Positions 1 to 7,523 of a DNA stretch of 18,457 nt are shown here, piece by piece. How positions within the stretch are numbered: position 1 is the first letter of the stretch; every line of letters begins with the position of its first letter. The notes under the pieces were generated by a model. That model was not told where the DNA came from and made no database searches. It worked only from the letters and a program-made list of their open reading frames with translations. The translations under genes were made by a program, and so were the position numbers. The stretch is from a virus: IMG/VR virus record IMGVR_UViG_3300037297_000342; one strand, given 5' to 3'.

Positions 1-2282
1 AGGCCGTCAACGTCGGCGAGGGCCAGGCTTGCCTCGCCGGGGTTCCCGGCGCAGGCAAGACCGGCACCATCGTGGCGCGTGTCGCCAGGATGGTCGCCGA
101 CGGCCTCGACCCCGAGTACATCCTCTGCATGACGTTCACCCGAGCGGCGGCGCAAGAGATGAACGAGAGGCTCAAGCAGCTCGGCATCGTCGGTGCGCGG
201 GTGGGCACCATCCACTCCGTGTGCCGGCAGATCATCGCCGCCGACACGCATCTGCTCGAGGAGTTCGACCTCGACGAGAAGAACAGGCTGCCGATGGAGC
301 TGAAGAAGACCCTCGGCGACCTGAGGAAGAAAAAGAAGATCCCCAACGCCGGGGTGGACCTCGAGGGCGTGTCCCGGTACGTCGAGGCCTGCAAAGCCAA
401 GGGCCTCTGCTACATCTACTCCGACCCCTTTGGCCTGAACATGCGGGCCGAGGAGTTCTTGCTGCGCCAGGCCGAGAAGTGGACCATGCTGGCCGGGCTG
501 CCTCGCCAGATCCTGATGGACGTCTACATCGAGCTGGAGCGGCGCCGAGGCATCGCCGGGCTCTACGACTTCAACGACATGCTGCTCTGGTCCTGGATGG
601 TCCTGCTCACCGACGAGGATGCCCGGGAGCGGTGGCGAGGTCGCTGGTCCGTGGTCATCGTCGACGAGGCGCAGGATTCCAACCCCGTGCAGTGGGACAT
701 CGCCCGGTTCCTCGTTGGTCTGAACTCCTGCATGAAGGAGGTCGACGAGCTGCCCATGGCGCCGCGGGTGCGGGACTGCGCGCACAACCTGATGGTCGGC
801 GGGGATCCCTCGCAGTCCATCTACGCCTGGCGCTCGGCCGAGCCCTCGCTGTTCGTCGAGTTCGCCAAGAACAAGAACGTGGATGAGCTGACCTTGCCCA
901 TCAACTACCGCTCCAACCCGATGATCTGCGCCATTGGCACCGGGCTGGTGCAGGGCAAGCCGTGGCACATCACCGGGGAGATCAAGGCAGCCTCGGAGGA
1001 CATGACGACCGACGCCGTGGCCATCGACCGCTACGACGACGCCGCCTCCGAGGCCGAGGGCGTCATCCAGCAATGCGTCGAGATCGCCGAGAGCGGCGAG
1101 GGGCTCAGGTCCTGCGCGGTGCTCTCGCGGCTTCGGGTGGCGCTGGACCTGGCGGAGATCGCCTGCATCTCCCGGCGCATCAAGTACGTCAAGATGGCCA
1201 GCGGCTCGTTCTTCGAGTCGCGAGAGGTGCGGGACATCCTCGCCTACCTACGCGTGGCCTCGGGCTACGACCCCGACGGGCGCTGGGTCGCCCACATCAT
1301 CAACCGTCCGTTCCGCTACATCGGCAAGGGCTTCATCAACAAGTGCTCGGCCGACGCGATGAACCGGGACATCTCGCTGCTCGACGCGATGATCGCCAAC
1401 GAGGATGACCTGAGCTACAGACAGCGCGGCTCCATCGAGGACCTCTACAAGCTGCTGCAGCGTCTGAATCAGATCGCGGCCTGGGCCGAGCAGCGCGAGG
1501 CCTACCACCGCGAGAAGCTGGAGAAGGCCAAGCAGGCGGGCGACCCGCTCGAGGAGTTGCTCAAGCTGAGGGACGAGGTGCCCACCGAGCTGCTGGACAC
1601 CCTGGCCGACGCCCGGGGCGACATCGAAGGCATCGGCATGGGCGGGATGGGGGCACGGCGCCGGGCACGGCGAGCCCGGGAGGAAGCCAACCCGGAGGAC
1701 GTGGCCGAGGAGTTGAACAGCGCCGGGCCGGCGGAGATGATCGCCCTGGTCCTGCGGGAGACCGACTACCTGGAGGAGCTACGCCGGGAGGAGGGCCTGC
1801 TGGGCATGGACGAATCCAAGGCGGCGATGTTGGCGGCGCTGCAGCGCATGGCTCGGTCCTTCAAGACCACGAAGGAGTTCCTGGCCTACGTGGACAAGCT
1901 GACGGTGGCGGTCAAGCAGGCACGCAAGACTGGCCTGAAGGTGCGAGAGGGCTCGAACACGGACGCCCTGGTGCTCTCCACCATCCACCGGGCCAAGGGC
2001 CTGGAGTGGAAGCACGTGTTCCTGATGGACGTGGTGCAGGGCCGACTGCCCAACGCCCGGGCCGAGGACCCGGATGAGGAGCTGCGCCTGTTCTACGTGG
2101 CGATCACCAGGGCCATCAAAACCTGTAGGGTGTCTTACACAATGCCGCCCGAGCCAGAAGACCAGGAAGAGGGGGCAAGCGCCCCCCGCCGCCGGACGGA
2201 ACAGGTGGGCAAGTCGTCTTATATAACTCGGCTGGAGCAAGAAATAGACAAGTTCGCAAGGGGTGTAAGCGAGACCAGATAA
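1..2282 (+). CDS. UvrD/PcrA/Rep-family SF1 DNA helicase, 5'-partial (reading frame runs off the window start; codon phase begins at nt 3)
   Basis: The frame is open from nt 3 and encodes the Walker A sequence 'LAGVPGAGKTGT' before the first Met at 72. Helicase motifs are present: II 'VVIVDEAQDSNPVQW', III 'GGDPSQSIYAWR', V 'STIHRAKGLEWKHVF', VI 'LFYVAITRA'. Stop codon TAA at 2280-2282. Confidence 0.9.
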   Translation, partial: AVNVGEGQACLAGVPGAGKTGTIVARVARMVADGLDPEYILCMTFTRAAAQEMNERLKQLGIVGARVGTIHSVCRQIIAADTHLLEEFDLDEKNRLPMELKKTLGDLRKKKKIPNAGVDLEGVSRYVEACKAKGLCYIYSDPFGLNMRAEEFLLRQAEKWTMLAGLPRQILMDVYIELERRRGIAGLYDFNDMLLWSWMVLLTDEDARERWRGRWSVVIVDEAQDSNPVQWDIARFLVGLNSCMKEVDELPMAPRVRDCAHNLMVGGDPSQSIYAWRSAEPSLFVEFAKNKNVDELTLPINYRSNPMICAIGTGLVQGKPWHITGEIKAASEDMTTDAVAIDRYDDAASEAEGVIQQCVEIAESGEGLRSCAVLSRLRVALDLAEIACISRRIKYVKMASGSFFESREVRDILAYLRVASGYDPDGRWVAHIINRPFRYIGKGFINKCSADAMNRDISLLDAMIANEDDLSYRQRGSIEDLYKLLQRLNQIAAWAEQREAYHREKLEKAKQAGDPLEELLKLRDEVPTELLDTLADARGDIEGIGMGGMGARRRARRAREEANPEDVAEELNSAGPAEMIALVLRETDYLEELRREEGLLGMDESKAAMLAALQRMARSFKTTKEFLAYVDKLTVAVKQARKTGLKVREGSNTDALVLSTIHRAKGLEWKHVFLMDVVQGRLPNARAEDPDEELRLFYVAITRAIKTCRVSYTMPPEPEDQEEGASAPRRRTEQVGKSSYITRLEQEIDKFARGVSETR

Positions 2283-2423
2283 TCATGTACTTTTTCGTTG
2301 GAAGCAAATCTCCAGGGCCTCGCTTGCGGAGACTCGTAACAAGTGAGCGGAATCATGACTGATCCTGCAAGAAAAATCGTTACGCATCGGGCAATTCCTC
2401 TCTCTATGGATAAAGGAAAGACC

Positions 2424-2891
2424 ATGGGCGTAAGAGAACAGCCAACGGTGGGCCTCGGTCCACCCAAGGTCACCATCGGCTCAGCGATCCGCGGCTGGGC
2501 CGCCCTGGTGCTGGCCGTGACCAGCAAGACCCGGGTCTCTCACATCGACCTGCTGCGCCACGAGGGCCGGTCGAGCAAAGAGCTGGCAGACGCCCGGCGC
2601 CTGCTGGTCTGGGCCTTCCTGGAGGTGGTAGACGTCGACGACGACATGGCCATCGCCTGGGTCGAGCAGTGCGTGGCCCTGGGCCGGCGCAGCATCATGG
2701 ACGGCCTGAAGGGCGACCCGCCGGAGGAGCTGGAGGAGGTCGTGGTGACCTACAACCGGCTCATGCGGGAGATGGGAGACGAGGACGTTCGAGAGGCCGT
2801 GGCAGCCGGCCTGCTGGGCGAGCGCAAGCCACGAGCCCGGGTGTGGCCGCGGGGCTTCCTGCGGCGCCTGGGGCTCACTGAGCAGGAATGA
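2424..2891 (+). CDS. hypothetical protein (in-frame alternative starts at GTG 2343, ATG 2355 and ATG 2403)
   Basis: High GC3 from about 2440 onward. Best SD (AAGGAAAG at 2413-2420) sits 6 nt before ATG 2424. The upstream alternative starts lie in an AT-richer stretch with no SD. No recognisable domain. Confidence 0.45.
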   Translation: MGVREQPTVGLGPPKVTIGSAIRGWAALVLAVTSKTRVSHIDLLRHEGRSSKELADARRLLVWAFLEVVDVDDDMAIAWVEQCVALGRRSIMDGLKGDPPEELEEVVVTYNRLMREMGDEDVREAVAAGLLGERKPRARVWPRGFLRRLGLTEQE

Positions 2892-3150
2892 GCGTCAGGG
2901 CGGGGCCCTTCGCCAGGTCCCTCGCCCGCACCCACTGCGGCTGGTCCAGCTGGGCCATGAAGAGCTCCAGCAACGCCCGGGCCAGTGGGATTCCCGGGGC
3001 GGCCTCCACCGACAGGCAGGCCTCGAAATCATCTGGCAGCTGATGTTTGGAACGGAGCGCGTTGATGCGCTCAGTGCAGAACCTGTGGAAGGATGGGTCC
3101 CGACGTGCCTCCAACAGGGCGTACTCGACTTGAGTCTGATGTGTCAGCAT
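2875..3150 (-). CDS. hypothetical small protein (very uncertain; the ORF extends to 3177 but would then overlap the upstream ATPase gene by about 107 nt)
   Basis: A minus-strand ORF with high GC3 fills the 179-nt gap between convergent genes. No SD, no domain. Could be an artefact. Confidence 0.2.
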   Translation of the reverse strand: MLTHQTQVEYALLEARRDPSFHRFCTERINALRSKHQLPDDFEACLSVEAAPGIPLARALLELFMAQLDQPQWVRARDLAKGPALTLIPAQ

Positions 3151-4318
3151 TTGGTTCAGGTAGCTCGGGCACCACAACGTGCTCTTGCAGCTCCTCCTCG
3201 AGAATTGCTTCCTCCTCTTTTACCATGTATTCCGCGAGGTCGACAAGGCTGATCTTCTTCAAGGCCTGCCACGCCGGGACCATGCGTGTGCGGGAGCCGT
3301 CGGGACCGAAGGGCTTCGGCAGCTCTGCATTCTTGTCGGCCAAGCCTTCTTCCTCCAAGGCCATCAGGGCCTGCAGTATCTTCTCGGGGCGAACGCCGAG
3401 AGTCGCAGCGACGTCCTGGTTGGTCATCGGGACCGTCGCGTCGCGCAGCACCTTGTAGCAGGCATGCTTCCAGTATTCGAGCACGACGCCGGAGTGGTCC
3501 TTGTCGTTATAGAAAGCAAAGGTGACCTGCTTCAGCTCGTCGTCGTTGCGTGGGACAGCCGAGAACACATGCCCCTTCTTCCCGTTGCGCTGCTTGAGAC
3601 TCTCGACGGTGACGATCTCCGTCTCGCCGGAGGGGAGCCCGAGCTTCTTCTTCCAGGTCTTGACGTGGAGCACAGCGTCGGCCCAGCCGTACCAAGCCGA
3701 AGAGCCGCGGGGCGTGGGGTCCTTGCCCTTCGTCTCGTGGTGAATGATGATGAACGAGGTCTGGTACTCGTCGACCATCCGGTCTACTGCCCGACGGAGA
3801 GCCTTGGTCTCCTTCGACGAGTTCTCGTCGCCGCTGAAGAACGAGTCGAGGGGGTCGAGCACGACCACGATGGGCTCGATGGTCTTGATGACTTGCTCAA
3901 GCTCCTCGGTGTCGAGGGCATCGTCGAGGCAGAAGGGCTGCTGGCAGAAGTAGAGGGGAAGCTCAGCCGGGTTGACCGCATGGGCTCTGGCGTGAGCGAG
4001 GAGCCGGTCCTTGTTGTCGAAGATGGACCCCTCCGTGGAGTTGAGCAGGACCGGCCCGAACTTGTTGACCGTAAACTGCCGCAAAAGCATGCGTTCGGCG
4101 CTCAGGGCCACACAGAGGTCGAAGATTATGGTTGACTTGTACGTGCCCCCCTGGCCAAATACTAAGGTTCGGCCCGCTCGGGGGATCATGTTTTCAACGA
4201 TCCAGCGGTCCGGGTCGTCCTTGAGCGCCAGCAAATCCTTAACGGTGTAAATCTGGTGGGACCTGCGGGCCAAGTTGCCTCCTGTCTCTACCGTAGAAGT
4301 TGCTGTGCGGTGCGTCAA
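3071..4318 (-). CDS. AAA_25/RepA-like (DnaB-C-terminal-like) RecA-fold ATPase with C-terminal winged-helix domain; probable replicative helicase/loader-type protein
   Basis: 'DLLALKDDPDRWIVENMIPRAGRTLVFGQGGTYKSTIIFDLCVALS' (P-loop), 'IVVVLDPLDSF' (Walker B), 'IIIHHETKG'. The C-terminal 'MTNQDVAATLGVRPEKILQALMALEEEGL' is wHTH-like. TTG start at 4316-4318, with a weak GGTGA SD. Confidence 0.8.
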   Translation of the reverse strand: MTHRTATSTVETGGNLARRSHQIYTVKDLLALKDDPDRWIVENMIPRAGRTLVFGQGGTYKSTIIFDLCVALSAERMLLRQFTVNKFGPVLLNSTEGSIFDNKDRLLAHARAHAVNPAELPLYFCQQPFCLDDALDTEELEQVIKTIEPIVVVLDPLDSFFSGDENSSKETKALRRAVDRMVDEYQTSFIIIHHETKGKDPTPRGSSAWYGWADAVLHVKTWKKKLGLPSGETEIVTVESLKQRNGKKGHVFSAVPRNDDELKQVTFAFYNDKDHSGVVLEYWKHACYKVLRDATVPMTNQDVAATLGVRPEKILQALMALEEEGLADKNAELPKPFGPDGSRTRMVPAWQALKKISLVDLAEYMVKEEEAILEEELQEHVVVPELPEPNADTSDSSRVRPVGGTSGPILPQVLH

Positions 4319-4632
4319 GGAATCACCGGATCCGTTGGGCTCCGGCGATGGTTGACCCTTCTACCACGGCGAAGATCTTCGGCGCAACAATTTTGTGAGA
4401 TTCTTGTGAGGTCTCAGGGATTTCTGAGAGATCTTGCTCCCTTGTGAAATAGTTATTGACAAGGGAGATCCAACTGAGGTATTGGTGCTGTTCGATGCAC
4501 TCGGTCACCCTCCAAGATCCGCTGGAGGGCTGCGTTCTATCGTGGCCCACAAGATGGCCAGGACTCTGCAAGCTGGAGGCCTGCCCACCCGAGCGGTTTG
4601 ACAGCCTGCGCCGGATCCCTGGGGTCCGGCCC
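4319..4632. promoter_or_regulatory. Divergent intergenic control region between the - strand ATPase gene and the + strand SNF2 gene; candidate promoter/operator/origin
   Basis: Perfect 9-bp inverted repeat ctcccttgt(4437-4445)/acaagggag(4459-4467), spacer 13 nt. TTGACA hexamer at 4456-4461. TTGTGAG direct repeats at 4393 and 4404, and TTGTGAA at 4442. 7-bp inverted repeat ccctcca(4508-4514)/tggaggg(4523-4529). Confidence 0.4.
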
Positions 4633-6318
4633 ATGGAGAACAAGAAGAAGCCAGAGGAGACAGGTTGGTACGTGCCGCAGTCGCTCCTCGACATGGGCCT
4701 GTTGCCAGCCAACCTTGAGGACTACGATCCCGAGCCGAACGACAGGACACCGTCGGGCTTGAAGCTCCGTCGGTATCAGGCTCGCACGGTGACCTTCCTT
4801 CGTCAGACGACCACGATGCGTGAGGGTAATCTGCTGTGGGCGGACCCCGGCCTCGGCAAGACTGTCTCCTCGCTGCAAGCCAACTGGCTCGACGGCTACC
4901 TGCAGCGCCCCGGGCTCATCGTCGGACCGAACATCGCCAAGGGCGTTTGGTGCGACGACGATTCCGACGCCAAGGTGCACTACAACCTGACGGTGTTGTC
5001 CCTGGAGGGGATGAAGAACATTGACCCGGGGTTCCTCGAGCACCACAACTGCTTCTTCTGCCACTACGAGATCCTGCAGGCGTGGCAGCCGTGGATATTC
5101 GCCACGCTCAAGCCTGCCTGGATGATTCTCGACGAGAGCCACTTCCTGATCCACCAGAAAGCCCAGCGCTCCAAGGCAGCACGGCAGCTCGCCCTGTGCA
5201 ACACCATCGAGCGACGCTTCTGCCTCACGGGCACAGCCATCCCCAACGAGAGGCTGGACCTGTGGAACCAGGTGGCGACCTGCCAGCCCCGACAGTGGGG
5301 CCCCTCGCACCACGACTTCGGCGTTCGCTACTGCGGCGGCCAGCGCATGGCCCCCGAGGATGGCGGCCACTGGACCTATGAGGGTGAGAGCAACACCGAC
5401 GAGCTTCGCGCCAGGCTGGCCGGCACGGTGCTGCGCTACACGACCGAGGAAGTCGGCGACGAGCTGCCTCCGATGGAGCGCCACGTCATCGAGGCTGAGG
5501 GCATCGAGGAGCACCTGCTCGACGACTACTCGCTGGCTCAGCGCGACACCATCGGCTACCTCAAGCTCAAAGGCAAGATTCCCGACGAGGCGGCCACGAT
5601 CACGCTCGGCAACACGACCATCAAGCTGTCGAAGAATGACCGCAAGCCGGGCGCCGCGCGACTGGTCTGCCTGACGACGCTGATCGGCATCCTGTCGGAG
5701 ATGAAGCAGGCCGCCGCGATCAAGGCTGTCATCTCCATCCTCGGCCAACACAACCGACTCGTCGTGTTCACCTGGCGACGGAAGACGGCAGAGTATATAT
5801 ACGACAAGATCGCCGGCATGGTTGCCTCCGGGGTGAAGATCTCCGGCAAGAGCCCGATGGTCTACGGGCCGGTCCACGGCGAGATGGACATGAAGGAGCG
5901 CAAGGCGCTCGCCAAGGAGTTCGCCAAGGACGAGTGCAGCATCTACATCGCCACGATGGGCTCGGCCGGCACCTCCATCAACACCCTGTCGGCAGCCTCG
6001 GCCTGCTTGCTGGTGGACCTGCACTGGAACACCTCACAGCTGCGCCAGGCCGAGAAGCGGGTGCACCGCGATGGCTGCACCGCGGAGAAGGTCGACATCT
6101 ACTACCTGGTGGTCAGGCAGACGGTGGACGATCTCTTCATCGAGAAGCTGGAGCAGAAGGCCAGGGAGGCGATGAAGATTGCCCCACGGGACGAGAGTGA
6201 CCTGTCGCTGGTCCGCGACTTGACACCTGAGAAGGCCTCGGGCGAGTTCGATTTCGAGCTGCTGTGTGCGAGGCTGATGGACTACGACGCAGAATGGGAA
6301 GAAGGAGTTATGGCATGA
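4633..6318 (+). CDS. SNF2-family (DEAD/DEAH-like) helicase
   Basis: 'LRRYQARTV' Q-motif region, 'LLWADPGLGKTVSSL' (motif I), 'MILDESHFL' (motif II, DExH), 'LTGTAIPNERLDLWNQV' (SNF2 motif III), helicase-C region with 'QAEKRVHRDG' (motif VI). Start taken at ATG 4633 (MENKKK...). The in-frame TTG at 4456 lies inside the operator-like repeat and encodes a W/C-rich peptide. Confidence 0.85.
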   Translation: MENKKKPEETGWYVPQSLLDMGLLPANLEDYDPEPNDRTPSGLKLRRYQARTVTFLRQTTTMREGNLLWADPGLGKTVSSLQANWLDGYLQRPGLIVGPNIAKGVWCDDDSDAKVHYNLTVLSLEGMKNIDPGFLEHHNCFFCHYEILQAWQPWIFATLKPAWMILDESHFLIHQKAQRSKAARQLALCNTIERRFCLTGTAIPNERLDLWNQVATCQPRQWGPSHHDFGVRYCGGQRMAPEDGGHWTYEGESNTDELRARLAGTVLRYTTEEVGDELPPMERHVIEAEGIEEHLLDDYSLAQRDTIGYLKLKGKIPDEAATITLGNTTIKLSKNDRKPGAARLVCLTTLIGILSEMKQAAAIKAVISILGQHNRLVVFTWRRKTAEYIYDKIAGMVASGVKISGKSPMVYGPVHGEMDMKERKALAKEFAKDECSIYIATMGSAGTSINTLSAASACLLVDLHWNTSQLRQAEKRVHRDGCTAEKVDIYYLVVRQTVDDLFIEKLEQKAREAMKIAPRDESDLSLVRDLTPEKASGEFDFELLCARLMDYDAEWEEGVMA

Positions 6319-6394
6319 ACCGGAGGAGCGCACGCGACCCACCTGGAGCAGAACAGAAACCCATCGACCACCAACGTGAGGAGAGGAGTAGGCC

Positions 6395-7471
6395 ATGACC
6401 CAGCAACCGCCACCGCAACAAGGAATGATCGGCGAGCCCCTGCAGCCAGGGGTGCCGGGTCAGCCAGCCCCGCAAGAAGATGGCGTCATCCCGCAACCTC
6501 CGACACCGGACCAGGCCGCCCAGATGGGCGTCTACGCCGCGTCGCAGGAAGCGCTGGTGGCATCGGGTGTCCAGGCCGTGACGGGGCAGCAGGCGCTGAT
6601 GCAAGCCCAGCAGCAGGCAGCCCCAACGACGCGCATCACGGACCCAGACCTGCACTTCCCGGGTCAGAGCACCGTGAAGCAGGGCGTGACCGTGTTCCTG
6701 TTCGGTTCGGTGGGCACCTGGAAGACGACTTGGGCGGGCCAGTGGCCCAAGCCGCTGTTCCTCTCGGTCGGAGCCGAGGGTGGCGACGACGCCTTGGCCA
6801 TGCTGCCATCGCTGTACGGCGTGGCCGCCCCGCCATCCTTCCACATCACCTCCTCGGAGATGATGTACGAGAAGGTGAACGCCATCAGGGCGAACTACCT
6901 GGCGTGGGACGTCAACACCGTCGTCGTCGACTCGATCACCTACTACGTGGACATGTGGATCGCTCAGCTGATGGCCAAGCGCTACAACGACCCCAAGATC
7001 AAGAAGAAGATCGAGGATGCTGGAGGCATGGCCACCAACATGACGATGCGTGACTGGGGCATCCTGGCCATGCACATCCGCGACCTGGCGATGATGCTCC
7101 ACAACACGGGGCTCAACGTCATCTGGATCGGTCTCGAGAAGGAGGTCAAGGAGTCGGACGGTCAGGGGGGCGGCAGCCGCACCGTCGCAGTCGAGCCCTA
7201 CATCCGAGGCGAGACGGCGCTGAAGCTCCCGGGCATGTGCAAGATGATCATCCACGCCCACAAGGACCTGAAGCCCGACCCGAACGCGATGGGCCGGATG
7301 ATGATTCAGCCGGTCTACTACACCTCACCCAACTGGCTCACGAAGATCGTGCGTCACAAGTACGGCCTGGCATTCCCGGAGGGGAAGCTGGTCGACCCTG
7401 AGCTCGGGGACTACCCGACCTTCAGGGCGCTGTGGAGTCGAATCGGTCAATTCGTCTACGCGACGGCGTGA
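6395..7471 (+). CDS. Sak4-like (AAA_24) RecA-fold recombination ATPase with about 100-aa P/Q-rich N-terminal extension
   Basis: Strong SD GAGGAGAGGAG at 6378-6388. P-loop 'VFLFGSVGTWKTTWAG', Walker B 'VVVDSITYY', 'NVIWIGLEKEV'. Immediately followed by a DUF669-like SSB gene, the typical phage Sak4 module arrangement. Confidence 0.75.
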   Translation: MTQQPPPQQGMIGEPLQPGVPGQPAPQEDGVIPQPPTPDQAAQMGVYAASQEALVASGVQAVTGQQALMQAQQQAAPTTRITDPDLHFPGQSTVKQGVTVFLFGSVGTWKTTWAGQWPKPLFLSVGAEGGDDALAMLPSLYGVAAPPSFHITSSEMMYEKVNAIRANYLAWDVNTVVVDSITYYVDMWIAQLMAKRYNDPKIKKKIEDAGGMATNMTMRDWGILAMHIRDLAMMLHNTGLNVIWIGLEKEVKESDGQGGGSRTVAVEPYIRGETALKLPGMCKMIIHAHKDLKPDPNAMGRMMIQPVYYTSPNWLTKIVRHKYGLAFPEGKLVDPELGDYPTFRALWSRIGQFVYATA

Positions 7472-7523
7472 CCGTTCAATAACCGGAAGTACAACTGCAA
7501 CCGACACTAGAAGGAGAACGACC

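Noticed and set aside
2283-2423. AT-rich gap scanned for sigma70-like -35/-10 boxes and small RNA features.
   Set aside because: Only weak hexamer matches (ttgcgg, ttacgc) were found, with none at proper spacing. Reported only as a compositional anomaly and candidate promoter region, not as a defined promoter.
4456-4632. Extended N-terminus of the SNF2-like gene starting at TTG 4456.
   Set aside because: The TTG lies inside the operator-like inverted repeat and is the TTGACA hexamer itself. The encoded peptide (RYWCCSMHS...) is implausible. ATG 4633 gives a natural N-terminus.
4323-4712. 129-aa minus-strand ORF spanning the divergent intergenic region.
   Set aside because: Overlaps the control region and the SNF2-like start. 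No SD. Odd composition. Most likely spurious.
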